This document shows, piece after piece, positions 11,031 to 24,397 of a stretch of DNA of 53,299 nucleotides. Within the stretch, counting starts at the first letter, position 1. Every line of letters starts with the position of its first letter. Source of the stretch: a bacterium (GTDB lineage: Bacteria; SAR324; NAC60-12); assembly GCA_965233585.1 (NCBI GenBank), contig CBDDTI010000013.1, positions 1-53,299 of the forward strand, given 5' to 3'. The position numbers were made by a program, and so were the translations under genes. The notes under the pieces are model-generated. The model had not been told where the DNA came from. It worked only from the letters and a program-made list of their open reading frames with translations, and made no database searches.

Positions 11031-14000
11031 ATTTAAGGGCTGCCGCCCCTGCCGCCAACCCAAACCTGAAAGAATTCCTAAAGCAAACCCTGCATGAAAT
11101 TCGACAGAAACCTTAAAGAAACCCGAAAGAAAACTTCTAAGAGATGTAAATCGTTAAGAAACGCGAAACCTGAGCGAAACCCAGAGAATCTCTACATGAA
11201 ATTCTAATTCTTTTGTTTTATTCTCTTCTGTTTGGATCCTAAATGAAATGAACGCTAAAGAAACCAGAAATTGACCGAAAGAAACCATTTGAATGAAACT
11301 TTAAATGGCATCCTAAAGAGACCCTAGACGACACTCTAAGAAGCTTTGAAGGAAATCCTAAATGGAACCCAAATATGACGCTTGGGTCCTGCCGGACGGG
11401 GCAACACCATGGCCCTGAAGGACGAACTAGTCCGAGAATCGTACCAAAAAAATCTCTGACGTTGCTTCTGAAACCCCAAAAACAGAAAATATATCTGTAC
11501 AAAAAATTGCTCCACCCCTCAAAAAAGCAGCTCCCGGCAGGGAAACACCATGCTACTGAAACTGCTATTGCTGCTGCTGCTGCTGCCACTGCTGCTGCTG
11601 CACAAAGACACGGCCACACGACGCTACCGGACGGGGAAACAGCATGGCCCTGAAGGATGAACTAGTCAGAAAAGCACACCAAAAAAGTCCCGAACGTTGC
11701 TTCTGGAACAAAAATGGCTGCTGCTGCTGTGCTCACAAAGACACGGCCACACGGCCCTGCCGGACGGGGAAACACCGTGGCCCCAAAGCATCCAAAAAGT
11801 CTCTAACGTTGCCCCTGAAACCCTAGAAACAGAAAAAACAGAAAATATGTACAAAAAATTGGCACCAATGATGCTGCTGCTGCTGCTGCTCCACCAAAAA
11901 AGTCTCTAACGTTGCTTCTGAAACCCTAGAATCCCTAGAAACAGAAAAAACATAAAATCTGTACAAAAAATTGGCTGCTGCTGCTGCTGCAAGCTGCTCC
12001 TGCTTGGTGCTACTGCTGCTGCTGCTACCAATGTTGCTGCTGGTGCTGCTGCTGCAAGCTCCAGCTGCTGCTGCTGCTACTACTGCTGCTGCTTGAACGT
12101 GCTGATGTTGCATGGTGGACTGGTGCTCGCTGCTGCCGCTGCTACTGCCACTGCCGCAGCTCGGCTGCTGCTACTTGGAAAAAGAAGGCACCAAATCGCA
12201 CCAAAAAACTGCCTAAAAAGTCCATAGCTAATGCACCAAAAAAGTCTCTAACGTTGCTTCTGAAACCCTAGAAACAGAAGAGAAAATCGGCGCTGCCGGA
12301 CGGGGAAACCAAAAAAGTCTTTAACGTTGCTTCTGAAACCCTAGAAACAGAACAGAAAATCGGCGCTGCCGGACGGGGAAACACCATGGCCCTGAAGGAC
12401 GAACTAGTCCTGAAATCCTATAGAAACAGAACAGAAAATCGGCGCTGCCGGACGGGGAAACACCATGGCCCTGAAGGAAGAACTAGTCCGAGAATCCCAC
12501 CAAAAAAGTCTCTAACGTTGCTTCTGAAGGACGAACTAATCCGAGAATCCCACCAAAAAAGTCTTTAACGTTGCTTCTGAAACTTTAGAAACAGAACAGA
12601 AAATCGACGCTGCCGGACGGGGAAACACCATGGCCCTGAAGGACGAACTAGTCCGAGAATCCCACCAAAAAAGTCTCTAACGTTGCTTCTGAAACCCTAG
12701 AAACAGAACAGAAAATCGGCGCTGCCGGACGGGGAAACACCATGGCCCTGAAGGACGAACTAGTCCGAGAATCCCACCAAAAAATTCTTTAACGTTGCTT
12801 CTGAAACCCTAGAAACAGAACAGAAAATCGACGCTGCCGGACGGGGAAACACCATGGCCCTGAAGGACGAACTATAGTCCGAGAATCCCACCAAAAAAGT
12901 CTCTAACGTTGCTTCTGACACCCTAGAAACAGAACAGAAAATCGGCACTGCCGGACGGGGAAACACCATGGCCCTGAAGGACGAACTCTAGTCCGAGAAT
13001 CCCACCAAAAAAGTCTCTAACGTTGCTTCTGAAACTTTAGAAACAGAACAGAAAATCGGCGCTGCCGGACAGGGAAACACCATGGCCCTGAAGGACGAAC
13101 TAGTCCGAGAATGCCACCAAAAAAGTCTCTAACGTAGCTTCTGAAACCCTAGAAATAGAAAATCGGCGCTGCCGCACGGGGAAACCACCATGGCCCTGAA
13201 GGACGAACTATAGGCCGAGAATCCCACCAAAAAAGTCTCTAACGTTGCTTCTGACACCCTAGAAACAGAATTGAAAATCGGCGCTGCCGGACGGGGAAAC
13301 ACCATGGCCCTGAAGGACGAACTATAATCCGAGAATTCCACCAAAAAAGTCTCTAACGTTGCTTCTGACACCCTAGAAACAGAACAGAAAATCGGCACTG
13401 CCGGACGGGGAAACACCATGGCCCTGAAGGACGAACTCTAGTCCGAGAATTCCACCAAAAAAGTCTCTAACGTTGCTTCTGAAACCCTAGAAACAGAAGA
13501 GAAAATCGGCGCTGCCGGACGGGGAAACACCATGGCCCTGAAGGACGAACTAGTCCGAGAATCCCACCAAAAAAGTCTCTAACGTTGCTTCTGAAACCCT
13601 AGAAACAGAACAGAAAATCGGCGCTGCCGGACGGGGATACTGGCTGCCTGTTGCCTACTTCTTGATTGCTGGCTGCCTAACATATCGTCTCAAATTGCTT
13701 TAAACAAGGCCCTGAAGAACAAAGTAGTCCGAAAATCCCACCAAAAAAGTCTCTAACGTTGCTTCTGAAACCCTAGAAACAGAACAGAAAATCGGCGCTG
13801 CCGGACGGGGATACTGGCTCTCTGTTGCCTACTTCTTGACTGCTGGCTCCCTAACATATCGTCTGAAATTGCTCTAAACAAGGCTAGCCCCCGGATGCTG
13901 AGTCCTGGCTGCTGACTATTGGCTGCCTGCTACCTGCTTCTTGACTGCTGCCTACTGGCTGTACCTGCTTCTTGACTGCTGCCTACTGGCTGCTGCTGGC

Positions 14001-15021
14001 TGCTGGCTGCTCCTGCCGCTGGCTGCGTGTCGTCTTAAACTGCTCTAAACAAAGCTCGCCCCTGGATGCTAAGTCCTGGCTGCTGACTACTGGCTGCCTG
14101 TTACCTGGTCTAAACAAGGCTAGCCTCCGGATGCTGAAACGTAGGTCCCGGACGGGAAAGCACCATGGCACTGAAGGACGGATGGGCTAAGAAAAAGTGA
14201 CCAAAAAGTGCCTAACGTGTCGTCTGACACTGCTCTAAAGAAACTGCTCTAAACAAGGCTGCTGAGGCCTAGCTGCTGACTACTAGCTGCCTGCTACCTG
14301 CTTCTTGACTGCTGCCTACTGGCTGCTGCTAGCTGCTGCTGGCTGCTGGCTGCTCCTGCCACTGGCTGCTGCAAAAACGTAGGTCCCGGACGGAAAAACA
14401 CCATGGCACTGAAGGACAGATGGGCCAAGAAAAAGTGACAAAAAACTGCCTAACGTGTCGTCTGAAACTGCTCTGAACAAGGCTAGCTCCCGGATGCTGA
14501 GGCCTGGCTGCTGACTACTGGCTGCCTGCTACCTGCTTCTTCACTATTTTTTTCAACTAATTCAAGCTACTTTTTCCGCCTGCTGCTGCAAAGGCTCCTG
14601 CTGCTTCTGCTGCTTCTGCTGCTGGCTGCTGGTGGCTGCTGCTGCTGACGCTGCTGATGCTGAGGGCCTGCCGCTCGGTGCTGCCTGTTCGCTCCCCCTT
14701 GCGTTTGCCGGGCTCCCGGATGCTGAGGCCTAACTGCTGGCTACTGGCTGTCTGCTACCTGCTTCTTCACTAATTTTTTCAGCTAATTCAAGCTACTTTT
14801 TCCGCCTGCTGCTGCAGAGGCTCCTGCTGCTTCTGCTGCTTCTGCGGCTGGCTGCTGGTGGCTGCTGCTGCTGCTGCTGATACTGCTGATGCTGCTGATG
14901 CTGAGGGCCTGCCGCTCGGTGCTGCCTGTTCGCTCCCCCTTGCGTTTGCCGGAGTCGGCGGAAAATGTCTTATTCCCTTGCGCGCTCCCCCTTGCGTCTG
15001 CCGGGGTCGGCGGATAATCAA
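11031..15021. mobile_element. ~4-kb satellite-carrying insertion (Helentron/MITE-like) nested in the (TA)n of a CA-flanked unit
   Basis: The flanks 10940-11030 and 15022-15276 rejoin into a unit matching the intact copy at 16142-16495. The ends carry near-inverted ccgccaaccc (~11053) and gggtcggcgg (~15004). Confidence 0.6.
12235..13820 (+). repeat. ~112-bp tandem satellite, about a dozen units, with variant copies at 11386-11960 and 14140-14470
   Basis: Unit aaatcggcgctgccggacggggaaacaccatggccctgaaggacgaactagtccgagaatcccaccaaaaaagtctctaacgttgcttctgaaaccctagaaacagaacag. The period is 112 bp (atcg at 12603, 12715, 12827). Confidence 0.95.
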
Positions 15022-15292
15022 TTATATATATATATATATATAGACGTATAATCACAGTAGACAATGACCGTATAAAACAACAGCAAAAATATAAATATGT
15101 CCCCCCAGCTGCGACTTATATGCGCCCAGGGGCGGGACTATATATACCAGTAGTACACAGGTTCATGCGTCCATGAACCCATCCACCACATCTTCCGTAG
15201 CTTCGTTGTGCAACATAGGAAGATGGGCTGTTGCCCCCCTGCATTAGTATGAAGTTTTACATCTATACAGATGGTACACACACACACACACA

Positions 15293-16136
15293 CGCCCCGC
15301 AGCAGCGGGGCAGATGAAATGACAATGAAAGTGAGATGAAAGTGAAAGTGAAATGACAATTTACTTAACCAGGACGCGAAGAGGAGAACGCAAGAGAAGA
15401 GGGAAAGAGCAAACACCAACACGACACACCTAGCCCAGAGCGGGCAAAACCCCGAAAAGACAAGGGAAAAGAAAAGCGGATGCCGACGGACACGGAACCA
15501 GACCAGCGGAGGAGGGGGAGGACGGAAGCGCCTGAACCAACCTAACACGGCGAAACCTAAGCCTACCTCAGCACGCGCAGGACCCAACCTACCTGGAGAG
15601 GGAAAGAACACATGAAAAGGGACCCATGGGGAACTAGTTAGTGAAATGATGCAACCACATGTCATGCAAAAGTCGTGATAAGGCTCAAAGGCCCTCCGTT
15701 TTCAAGTCAAAACCCTGTGGACAGCTGACGTATTCAACCCTCGAATTGGTGCACAACTGTACTGTACCAGATCAACCAAAAGAAAGTGACCACACCTGGA
15801 AAGCATGTCCTGAAGCCTGTATCCTGCAATGTTGCATTTACCAATAAAAGCTGAGCAGTCTCTTGAGCATCACTGAAAAAGGAGGTTGTCGCAGCTTCCA
15901 ACTATGCATATCACTGCCAGTCACAAAACGGTGATTCCCCAGCACAATGGGCAATTGTTCAACACATCGACCTCGACAGGGTAAAAAGCTGAAAAGTGAA
16001 CGATTGTTTCACTTTACTTAAACGAATTACTAATTCAAAAGTGTGAATTCGGAGGTCGAGTCGTAGGATCAAACGTTCGGCTAGCGAGCCGTTCCCCGAA
16101 GGGCTCATACCATCATGACGAAGTCAGTATGAGTAA
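15293..16136 (-). mobile_element. ~840-bp (CA)n-flanked non-coding element, family B, copy 1
   Basis: Homologous to 36500-37341, with shared blocks ttacttaaccaggacgcgaagagg, ggggaactagttagtgaaa and cactttactta. A covarying stem-loop module lies at the right end. Confidence 0.7.
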
Positions 16137-16141
16137 CACAC

Positions 16142-17727
16142 TTGCAAAGAACTGTCATTGCGAATTTTGTTGTGGAATGCATCGGACGTGCAAAAACACA
16201 CCAAAAAATTGACACGAAGAATGAATACAATTATATATATGTATATATATATATAGATGTATAATCACAGTAGTCAATGACCGTATAAAACAACAGCAAA
16301 AATATAAATATGTCCCCCCCAGCTGCGACCTATATGCGCCCAGGTGCGGGACTATATATAATATATAATGCAGGTACAGGTGCATGCGTCCATGAACCCA
16401 TCCACCACATCTTCCGTAGCTTCATTGGGCAACATAGGAAGATGGGCTGTTGCCCCCCTGCATTAGTATGAAGTTTTACATCTATACAGATGGTACACAC
16501 ACACACACTTACTTGCTCAGAATTGTCACTACGGATTTTGCTGTGGAATGCATCTTACGTGCCAAAACACTCCGATTACACCTGACAGGAATGGGTCGGT
16601 GAAGAGACCCGACAAGGTTTCAAAACGCTATCATCGTCATAGCCAGTGCTGAAAACGATTGAATTGGAAGCTGACCCTTCCCCTTTGCAGTTTAGAGTAA
16701 AATTGAAATTGAAAACGACGTGCCGGTTCTTAGCCGGTCGCCATACACGACAAGCATAGATCTGTAAGAAATTGAAATGGAAAAAGCAGGTACGTGACTC
16801 CAGCGTCCAAGAGTCATATCAGTCATGAATGCAGCCCTCTTCGTTGGGCAATGAGCTGCAAACATGAGATTGCTCCCCTGCAAATCTGAAATGAATACAA
16901 AACCTAAAACAGAATACCGGAAGTCCAACAGGTTAGAAGTTTTACATCTCTGCAGGTGGTTCACACACACTAGACAAGAAAGGATCTTTATATAGATCCG
17001 ATGGGAACTGAATCCCCCATACATGCAAATTAGATTGGAAACAATGACCTAAGGAAGACCTCCTCGATGAACATCGCGAATAAATAAGAAGTATCCCGAA
17101 ATGTAATCCAGATTCGAAAATAAGCCAAAAGACCATCGAAGTGGTGGACATGTTTATGAAAATCGGCGAGGTGGTTCTTGGGTTAGCCACGTCCCATTGC
17201 AGAAAGTTGACATGAACAATGAAATTTGAAGCAGGTACGTCAAAGGGACGTCTCCCTTTGATATCACTGCGACTTCTGGCTGTCTTCGTTGGCACAGGAA
17301 CCAGAGTCACACCTGTGCCCCCTGCATGAGATAGAAGTTTTACATCTGTTCAGATCTTACACACACACGCACACGCTTGCTCAGAATTGTCTTATCGGAT
17401 TGTGAAGCGGAGTGCATCAGACGTGTGTCCAAAACCCCAACAAAGCAAATTGGCACAATGAAAATGAATATAGATATATATATATATATATACATGAATG
17501 ATTGATATAGGAGACGTTGACAATATAAAACAACAGGGATATACTGCTATATGTCCCCAGCTGCGACTTACATGCGCACAGGGGTGGAACTATATCAAAT
17601 TTGCGGGCACAGGAGTGTGCATCCACACACCCTTCCGGCTGAATCCCAGAGCTTCATTGGCATGGCTAGGGAAACAGCTGCCATACCCCCTGCATAAATA
17701 AAACCTTCGACATCTACTCGGATGGTC
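16142..17727 (-). mobile_element. Head-to-tail array of four (CA)n-separated short elements (16142-16495, 16509-16962, 16971-17359, 17376-17727), each with a pseudoknot motif
   Basis: Each unit ends (+ strand) in gaagttttacatct..agatggtacacac or a variant and starts with ttgc(a/t)..gaa or tagacaagaa. The motifs are at 16370, 16786, 17231 and 17603. Confidence 0.75.
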
Positions 17728-19558
17728 CACACACACACACATATATATATCTCTCTATATCTATCTATATATATATGTGCGTTTTTTAAAAGATATACAC
17801 ACGCAAACTGTACACTAATTCATGCATCGGTTTCCTGTAGCAGGGGTCAGGGGAAGACCGCTCTTTGAAAAACTCATGCGAAACATTGCGTGGCTCAGTT
17901 ACAGAATGGCTTGAAGAGGTAGTTTGTTCCTCGATACCAAGATCTCCCGCGAATCAAGAGCAAATAGAAAGGAACAAATGGAGGCTGCGCTGGAACGGGT
18001 CCAGTCCGGCTCCCAGACTTGTAGACGAATGGAGGCGGTTCTCTGCTTTGAAACAGATCAAAAGAATATTTTTGGTGTTTGCTCGCAGCTTGCGACGTTG
18101 CTGATTGAAAAAGAGCGCTATTCTTGACTTCTTGTGTTGTTGTGATTTTGGATCCATCTATGATGACTGAAGCCAACACTTTTGCCAAGGGAATTCACAA
18201 GGACCTTCGCTTGACTGACGTTCACCAATCTGGTGGACCGGTAGCAGCAGCTCGGGTTTCACCATCGGAGCATTGAAGACAGTGGCAGAAACGCAGCTAG
18301 TTTTTAAGTCAAGTAAGCAAATGAGCGCAGATGAGCGCAAACAATTTCCCACCGGTATCATAAGCCTTCTGAAAACGTGATACATGTTCATGCATCTGTG
18401 CGTCAGCAGGTAGGAGGGCACGTTGACGTTTCAATCCTTCTGTATGCTATAAAGGATTAAATTGTAAACCCATCCCTGTGCAAATTTCCACTATGAAATG
18501 GCTGGACCCATGTTCCATTTCGGGGGCATTTTTCTAACAAGCGGAGGCATTTTGTAAGGAAATTTTCCTGATCAACCATGCCATTTTGTAAAAGGCGTGT
18601 TTTTTGTTGGGCGAATCATTTTGTAAGAGCCAACATTCTTTACAAAATGACGTCGGGGCCAATCATTTCATAACGCTATTTTGAGTTCATTTCAGAAAGT
18701 GCAAAGGAGGGTATTGAAATCTTGACCATGCCCAGGAACCAGGTTTTCTTCTCCAAAACTTTTTGGGTTCCCTCATTGATGTGTGAAGATTGGGTGCTGC
18801 CGAAGCTTCGGGGACTGGGAAAAATGGTTGCGGTCTTTCCCGGGGAAAGTGGGGTATGTACAAGTTAGACATATTTCCAAACCAACCAATCTATAAGACA
18901 CAAGCTTATAAGATGATTGGGATGGGGCCTGGAAATAAACTTGGGGCATGCATTTTGTAAGGCGCCAATTTTTGGTTTGTTTTTTTGGTTCACCGGTGTT
19001 TCCTGGGGAATCACACCAAGCCTCGAACACCACCCATCTTGTAAACTCCAAACCATGAGACTTTGTAAGCTCAACACCTGGTGCCCCTACAAAATGGTTG
19101 CCCTGACGTCACCTGGTAAATGCGCAGGGGGATGTAAAACCTATGTTCAGAGTTTTTCTCAACGAAATTGAAAGCGCCAGCTCCAGCGTATCCAGCCTAG
19201 CGAACAGCTGCAATCCGAAGCAAACTTTGCTGCTGTCGCACTTGCATAGCTCCAACTGAATGTTTCGTCTGCCTGCGCAAGCCTAGCCTGTGCCTCGACG
19301 TTTTCTGCGCAAGTACATCAAGCAGATTCCGCATTTCTATTTGCCGAAGAGCTCCCGCGACTCTGCACGGCATTCGCGGCAATGCCTTGGAGGATAATAC
19401 TAGGCTTGGCTCTTTTAAAAAGCGTCTGTGTGAAGGCTTCTCTGTGTGAAGGCTTCTCTGTATAAGAGCGTTTGTGTGCGTGTAAAAGTTTTTCCGCATC
19501 AAAGCTTGTCTGTGTAACAAATTCTGTGTAAAGGCGTCGGCGTGTAAAAACTTCTGTA

Positions 19559-20336
19559 CCCTGGGCGTCAATGTTGAAGTTTACCCCCTACGCGGACAAT
19601 GTTGATGTTTGCGTTGGTTAAACATCGACGTTCTCAATGTTGATGTTTAACCCCTGTGAAGAAATAAATAGACCTTGGAAGTGCAAAACCATCATTCATA
19701 TATTCAGCATTCCAATTTTCCAACGTGTTGAAGCCTTGGAACTGAATTTGAAACCTACAAGATCCTACAAGTATAGATAGAATATCCGGACGGAAAACAC
19801 ATCAAGGAACCATATTTGCAAGTATTTGCATTTTTACTGTCAGGGTTTACGGACAAAATATGGGACCTAAAATGGTTTTGGAAATGTGCCACTCCAACAA
19901 GCTCATGTTACAGATTGATATTTTCATTGATGCCCCAAGAAATCGGGAAATCAGTGTGGCCACTGGAGGACCAGACAAACCCCTTTGTTAAAGCACCTCT
20001 CCCATGGTGTCTTTTGTTTCCAAGATTGAGTTTCGGGGGATCTAGGGCAAACCACCCGCTCTCATGCAAACATATGTACTGTTGAGTGAAGACAAACCAA
20101 AATCCTTTGGGAAAATCTGTGCCACATATGATTCAAAGTGATATCGCATGAGTTTGACTAATAAAGCATGTTCAAGATCCGGCAGCAGTACAAAAGTTCG
20201 AGAAATTTGCCGCACCACATGTCTCAAGGGTAAACATCGACATTGATGAGTAAACAACGACATTACACAAATGCGTAGGTAAACTTCGACAGTAATGAAA
20301 TGCGTAGGTAAACATCAACATTGGACTTCCAGGGTG
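19559..20336. mobile_element. MITE-like non-autonomous DNA transposon
   Basis: Imperfect ~30-bp TIRs (ccctgggcgtcaatgttgaagtttacc / ggtaaacatcaacattggacttccaggg), flanked by TA. It interrupts a tgtgtgtaaaagcttc repeat tract. Confidence 0.65.
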
Positions 20337-20354
20337 TATATAATTAAAGGCATT

Positions 20355-20790
20355 GTTCTGTGAAAGCTTCTTTGTCTAAAGGCTTCTCTGTATGTGAAAG
20401 CTTCTGTGTGTGTTCAAAGACGTCTGTGTGTAAAATCCTCTGTGCATAAAAGGTTCTGTGCAGAAAAGATTTTCTGTGCGAAAGCCTCTGTGTGTATAAA
20501 TCGTATAAGTTTCTCTGCGTATAGGCGTCTATGTGTAAAACTTGCCCCGCGCCTGTGTGTGAAGGTGCCTGTGTGTAAAAACTTCTGTGTAACAGCTGCT
20601 TCGTGTAAAGGCATTTCTGTGTAAAATCTGTTCAGTGTAATGGCTTTTCTGTGTAGAAGCTCGTGTGTGTAAAGGCTTCTGTGTGTAAAAGCTTCTGTGT
20701 GCAAAAGCTGCTCCGTGTAAAAGTTGGTCTGTGTAGGAGACATTTGTGTGTAAAAACTTCTGTGTGGAGCAATTTTTCTCTGTAAACCCT
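20355..20790. repeat. Degenerate TGTGTGTAAAAGCTTC minisatellite (also 19430-19558 and 24025-24395)
   Basis: Direct reading of the sequence. Confidence 0.85.
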
Positions 20791-21304
20791 AGATTTCCAA
20801 AGCCTGTTTTTAAAATGTTTTTTCTGGGAAAGAGCATTTCGCGGTTTTTGGAAACGGTCTTTCGCAATTACGGTATGGTTTAGTTCAAGCTTGTAGATTA
20901 TCATTCGTTAACAAATTTTAGACGATGCTGCATCTCACTGCATGTAGAGACAGGCTCATCCATGATCTGAGCCACGTTTCATGTGGGGCCCCGGCTTATA
21001 CACAGACAACTTAATACGGCGATATGGGGGGGTGCAAATTTACACACAATATGTAGCTGACATAAAATTATGCAGTTCAAAACCCCAAAAGGGCAAACTG
21101 TTCCAAACGAGTATTTATTGATTTTAGAGTAGCATGAATACAGAAATAGATGATAAACGTTTCCGGTCAAGGCAAATCAGAAGAAGCCTGGCAGCAAACA
21201 TCTGCTTTCATATAGATACTGAGAAGTTTGCTGCTTTCACCTGGGGCAACTCAAACTGGGGGATCGATGGTTCCTTTTGTCGTACTGAGTCTTTTGTTTG
21301 CTAG

Positions 21305-23020
21305 CTGACAATCGGGCCAGCAGGCCCTGTCGATGGGCAACGCCCCCGGCCCGTTAGGGCCGTACCGTTAGGTATTTAAGCGCTTACGCGCGACAGCCGG
21401 CCAGGGGCCCAACTATGTTGGCCCATCTTGTGGCTATATGTTGGCCTTTGTTGGCCTCATGTTGACCCATGTGGAGCCAAAAGATCTGAAAAATGGGAAC
21501 AGCAAAAAAGCGCTGTAAAACGCTGGATATTTTGATGGTCGGCGGCCTATCTTGGGGCTATGTTGGCCCATCTTGGAGCTATGTTGGCCTATCTTGAGGG
21601 CAATGTGGGCCCATCTTGGGGCTATGTTGGCCCATCTTGGGGCTATGTTGGCCCATCTTGGGGCTATGTTGGCCCATCTTGGGGGCTATGTTGGCCCATG
21701 TTGGGGCTATGTTGGCCCATCTTGAGGCCTATGTTGGCCCATGTTGACCCATCTTGAGCCACAAAGGCCGAAAAATTGGAAAATAAGCGAAGAGCACAAA
21801 ACACCGTAAAACGCGGGGTTTTTGGCGACACGCGGTCTACGGCGGCTGGGGCGGCGGCCCCTCTCTCCTACGGAGAGGAGAGAAACGCCTACGGCTATGC
21901 CACGGCCAGGGGGGCCCTGGCCGGACTAGGAGGACCGCCCCCTGCCGCCGACCCACTAACGCCACGTAATTTACGGTGTTTCGTGCTCTTCGACAGAAAC
22001 CAACTTGACAATTTCCAAGGGGCACCCCTAGCCTCAACATAGCCCAAGATGGCCCAAGAAAGGCCCAACATGGCCCCAAGATGGCCCAAGATGGCGCAAC
22101 ATGGGCCCTAGATGGCTCCAAGAGGGCCCAACATAGGCCCAAGATGGCCTAACGTAGGACCAAGATGGCCTAACGTAGGACCAAGCTGGCACAACATAGG
22201 CCCAACATAGGCTCAAGATAGCCCAACGTAGGACCAAGATGGCACAACATAGGCCCAACATGGCCTCAAGATCGGGCAACCTGACCCGAAGATGGCTGAA
22301 CAGTACAACTACAACTACAACAACAACAAGAACAACAACAACAACAACAGCAACAACAACAACCACAACAACCACAACAACAACAAACACAACAGCAACA
22401 GCAACAACAACAGCAACAACAACAGCAACAACGACAACAAGAACAACAACAAGAACAACAGGAACAACAACAACAACAAGCACGATCAACAACAACAACA
22501 CCACCACCAACAACAACAACAACACCAACACCAGCACCAACACCAACACCAACAACACCAACACAACAACATCATCATCACCAACAACAACAACGAGCAT
22601 GACCAAAAACACCACCACCACCAACAACAACAACAAGCACAAAATCAACAACAACAAGAAGGACAACCATCACGACAACAACAATAGCAACAACAACAAT
22701 AGCAACAATAACAACAACAACAAGAACAACAACAAGAAAGACAACCATCATGACAACAACAATAGCAACAACAACAACAAGAACAAGAACAACAGTAACA
22801 ACAACAACAACGACGACAACGACAACAACAACAACAACAACAACCACAACAACCACAACAACCACAACAACCACAACAACAACAAACACAACAAACACAA
22901 CAGCAACAACAACGACGACAACAACAACAAGAAGAACAAGAACAACAGCAGCAACAACAACAACAGCAATCCTGCACCTTTCGGGCCTGCTGGCCCGCTG
23001 TTGGGCGTCAGCCCCTAAAA
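21305..23020 (+). mobile_element. Helentron/DINE-1-like non-autonomous element with an internal 21-bp minisatellite and (AAC)n
   Basis: Subterminal inverted pair gggccagcaggccc (21314-21327) / gggcctgctggccc (22983-22996). 3' hairpin gggc-gtca-gccc, then cctaaaa|tt. Internal ggggctatgttggcccatctt repeats in both orientations; (AAC)n at 22300-22970. Confidence 0.55.
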
Positions 23021-24397
23021 TTTGTCTTGGTCCTATTGATGCTGGTGAATTTGCGCTTAAGACCTTTCCACTCAATGTGAGAAGTGAATAAGACAAACAA
23101 GCAATCTGGAAAGAGAACAACAATGCAAAGTGCAGTGGGAACAATTATGTAATCATGACCATTGTCAGAAGCTAAAAAGAATTAAAGACATGTTCCACAA
23201 AACTAATGAACTCATAGGTCAAGAGGGGGGAGCTAGCCGAAAAGGAAAGTGACCACAATGCCTGGCACAAGTGAGCGCTCCTCCCAGTCCCCCGTCCAAA
23301 TTCCCCCCTCCCAACCCAAGCTTGCACAGGTGTAAATATATTACGCAATATTATTTTAGAGCTGACGCTCATCGTCGGCTCCGCCTGATTACTTGACCCT
23401 CGGTTTCATCGCAGGGTGGGCTTGAAAGCTATTGAATGAGGACCTGCTTCAGAAATATAACGAAATATATTCCTTATGCTTTTTTGAACATATTCATGGA
23501 ATCATGGAACTGCATTTTTTTCTTGGAGCAAGTGGGGAAGGCTTGTTCCCGAAAGCTCCTACTGGAACTACCTCCACCGAAGTCAGGGTACTTCACTAAA
23601 ACCAAACATTCTACGGTCAATCAGAGCAAATCTGGGGAATACTTGGCCGGATCAAGTAGCTTAACTTTGACTCAACCACATTGACTACAGTACGTGTTGC
23701 ACCTGCTTTCTGACTCAGCATTGACTTTAATTACATTTTTCCAAGGTGCACGTTGAATGAAGGAACAGGAATTAAACAAATGCCACAAACTTTTCTGCAA
23801 TAAAACGTTGCTGTAACATGCTGGAACCAGCCGGGAACATCCGCAACAAACACGCGCAAAATGAGCCAGGTCACGGGCGCACAAGATGCACAAGTCACCT
23901 GTGTTTTCCTAGACCATGCATCACAAGGTAGTCTCAGCCCTGCGCTCATCTTGGCAGTTGCTTTTGCTTTGTTTGCGGACGCCCTTTGGCTTTTCTGGTT
24001 TTTCCTTTTCTATTTTTTGTTCCCTATGTAAAAGCTTCTGTCTGTAAAAGCTTCTGCCTGTGAAAGCTTCTCTGTGTAAAGATTTCTCTGTGTAAAAACT
24101 TCTGTGTGTAAATGCGCCTGTGTGTAAAAGCTTCTCTGTGTAAAGACTACTCTGTGGAAAAACTTATGTGTGTGAAAGCTTCCGTGTGTAATAGCTCTCT
24201 GTGTAACGGCTCCTCTGTGGAAAAGTTTCTGTGTGTAAACGCGCCTGTGTGTTAAAGTTCTCTGTGTAAAGACTTCTTCGTGTAACAGCGTTTGTGTGTA
24301 ACAGCTTCTGTGTGTAAACGCCCTTGTCTGTAAAAGCTCCTCTGTGTAAAGGCTTCTCTGTGTAAAAACTTCTGTGTGAAAAAGCTTCTGCGTGTAC

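Noticed and set aside
12380..13620. Hammerhead-like core in the 112-bp satellite (CTGAA-GGAC-gaacta-GTCC-GAGAA)
   Set aside because: It lacks the required CUGANGA (no G8-A9 before stem II) and has GAGA instead of GAAA in almost all units; there is no convincing stem I or III.
12235..13820. CRISPR-like array
   Set aside because: The units are near-identical along their whole length with no unique spacers, there are no cas genes, and the context is eukaryotic. The same applies to the 61-bp and 108-bp repeats.
17865..18420. Possible further host exons (also 19190-19400, 23540-23960, 24940-25080, 47880-48260)
   Set aside because: Coding-like islands with AG|G boundaries, but I could not assemble them into a recognisable protein, so no call is supported.
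22034..23144. Long poly-T/N/Q/V/C ORFs (also 27240-27590, 28429-28740, 34023-35074, 45887-46587, 48195-49010)
   Set aside because: These are translations of microsatellites and are open in several frames on both strands.
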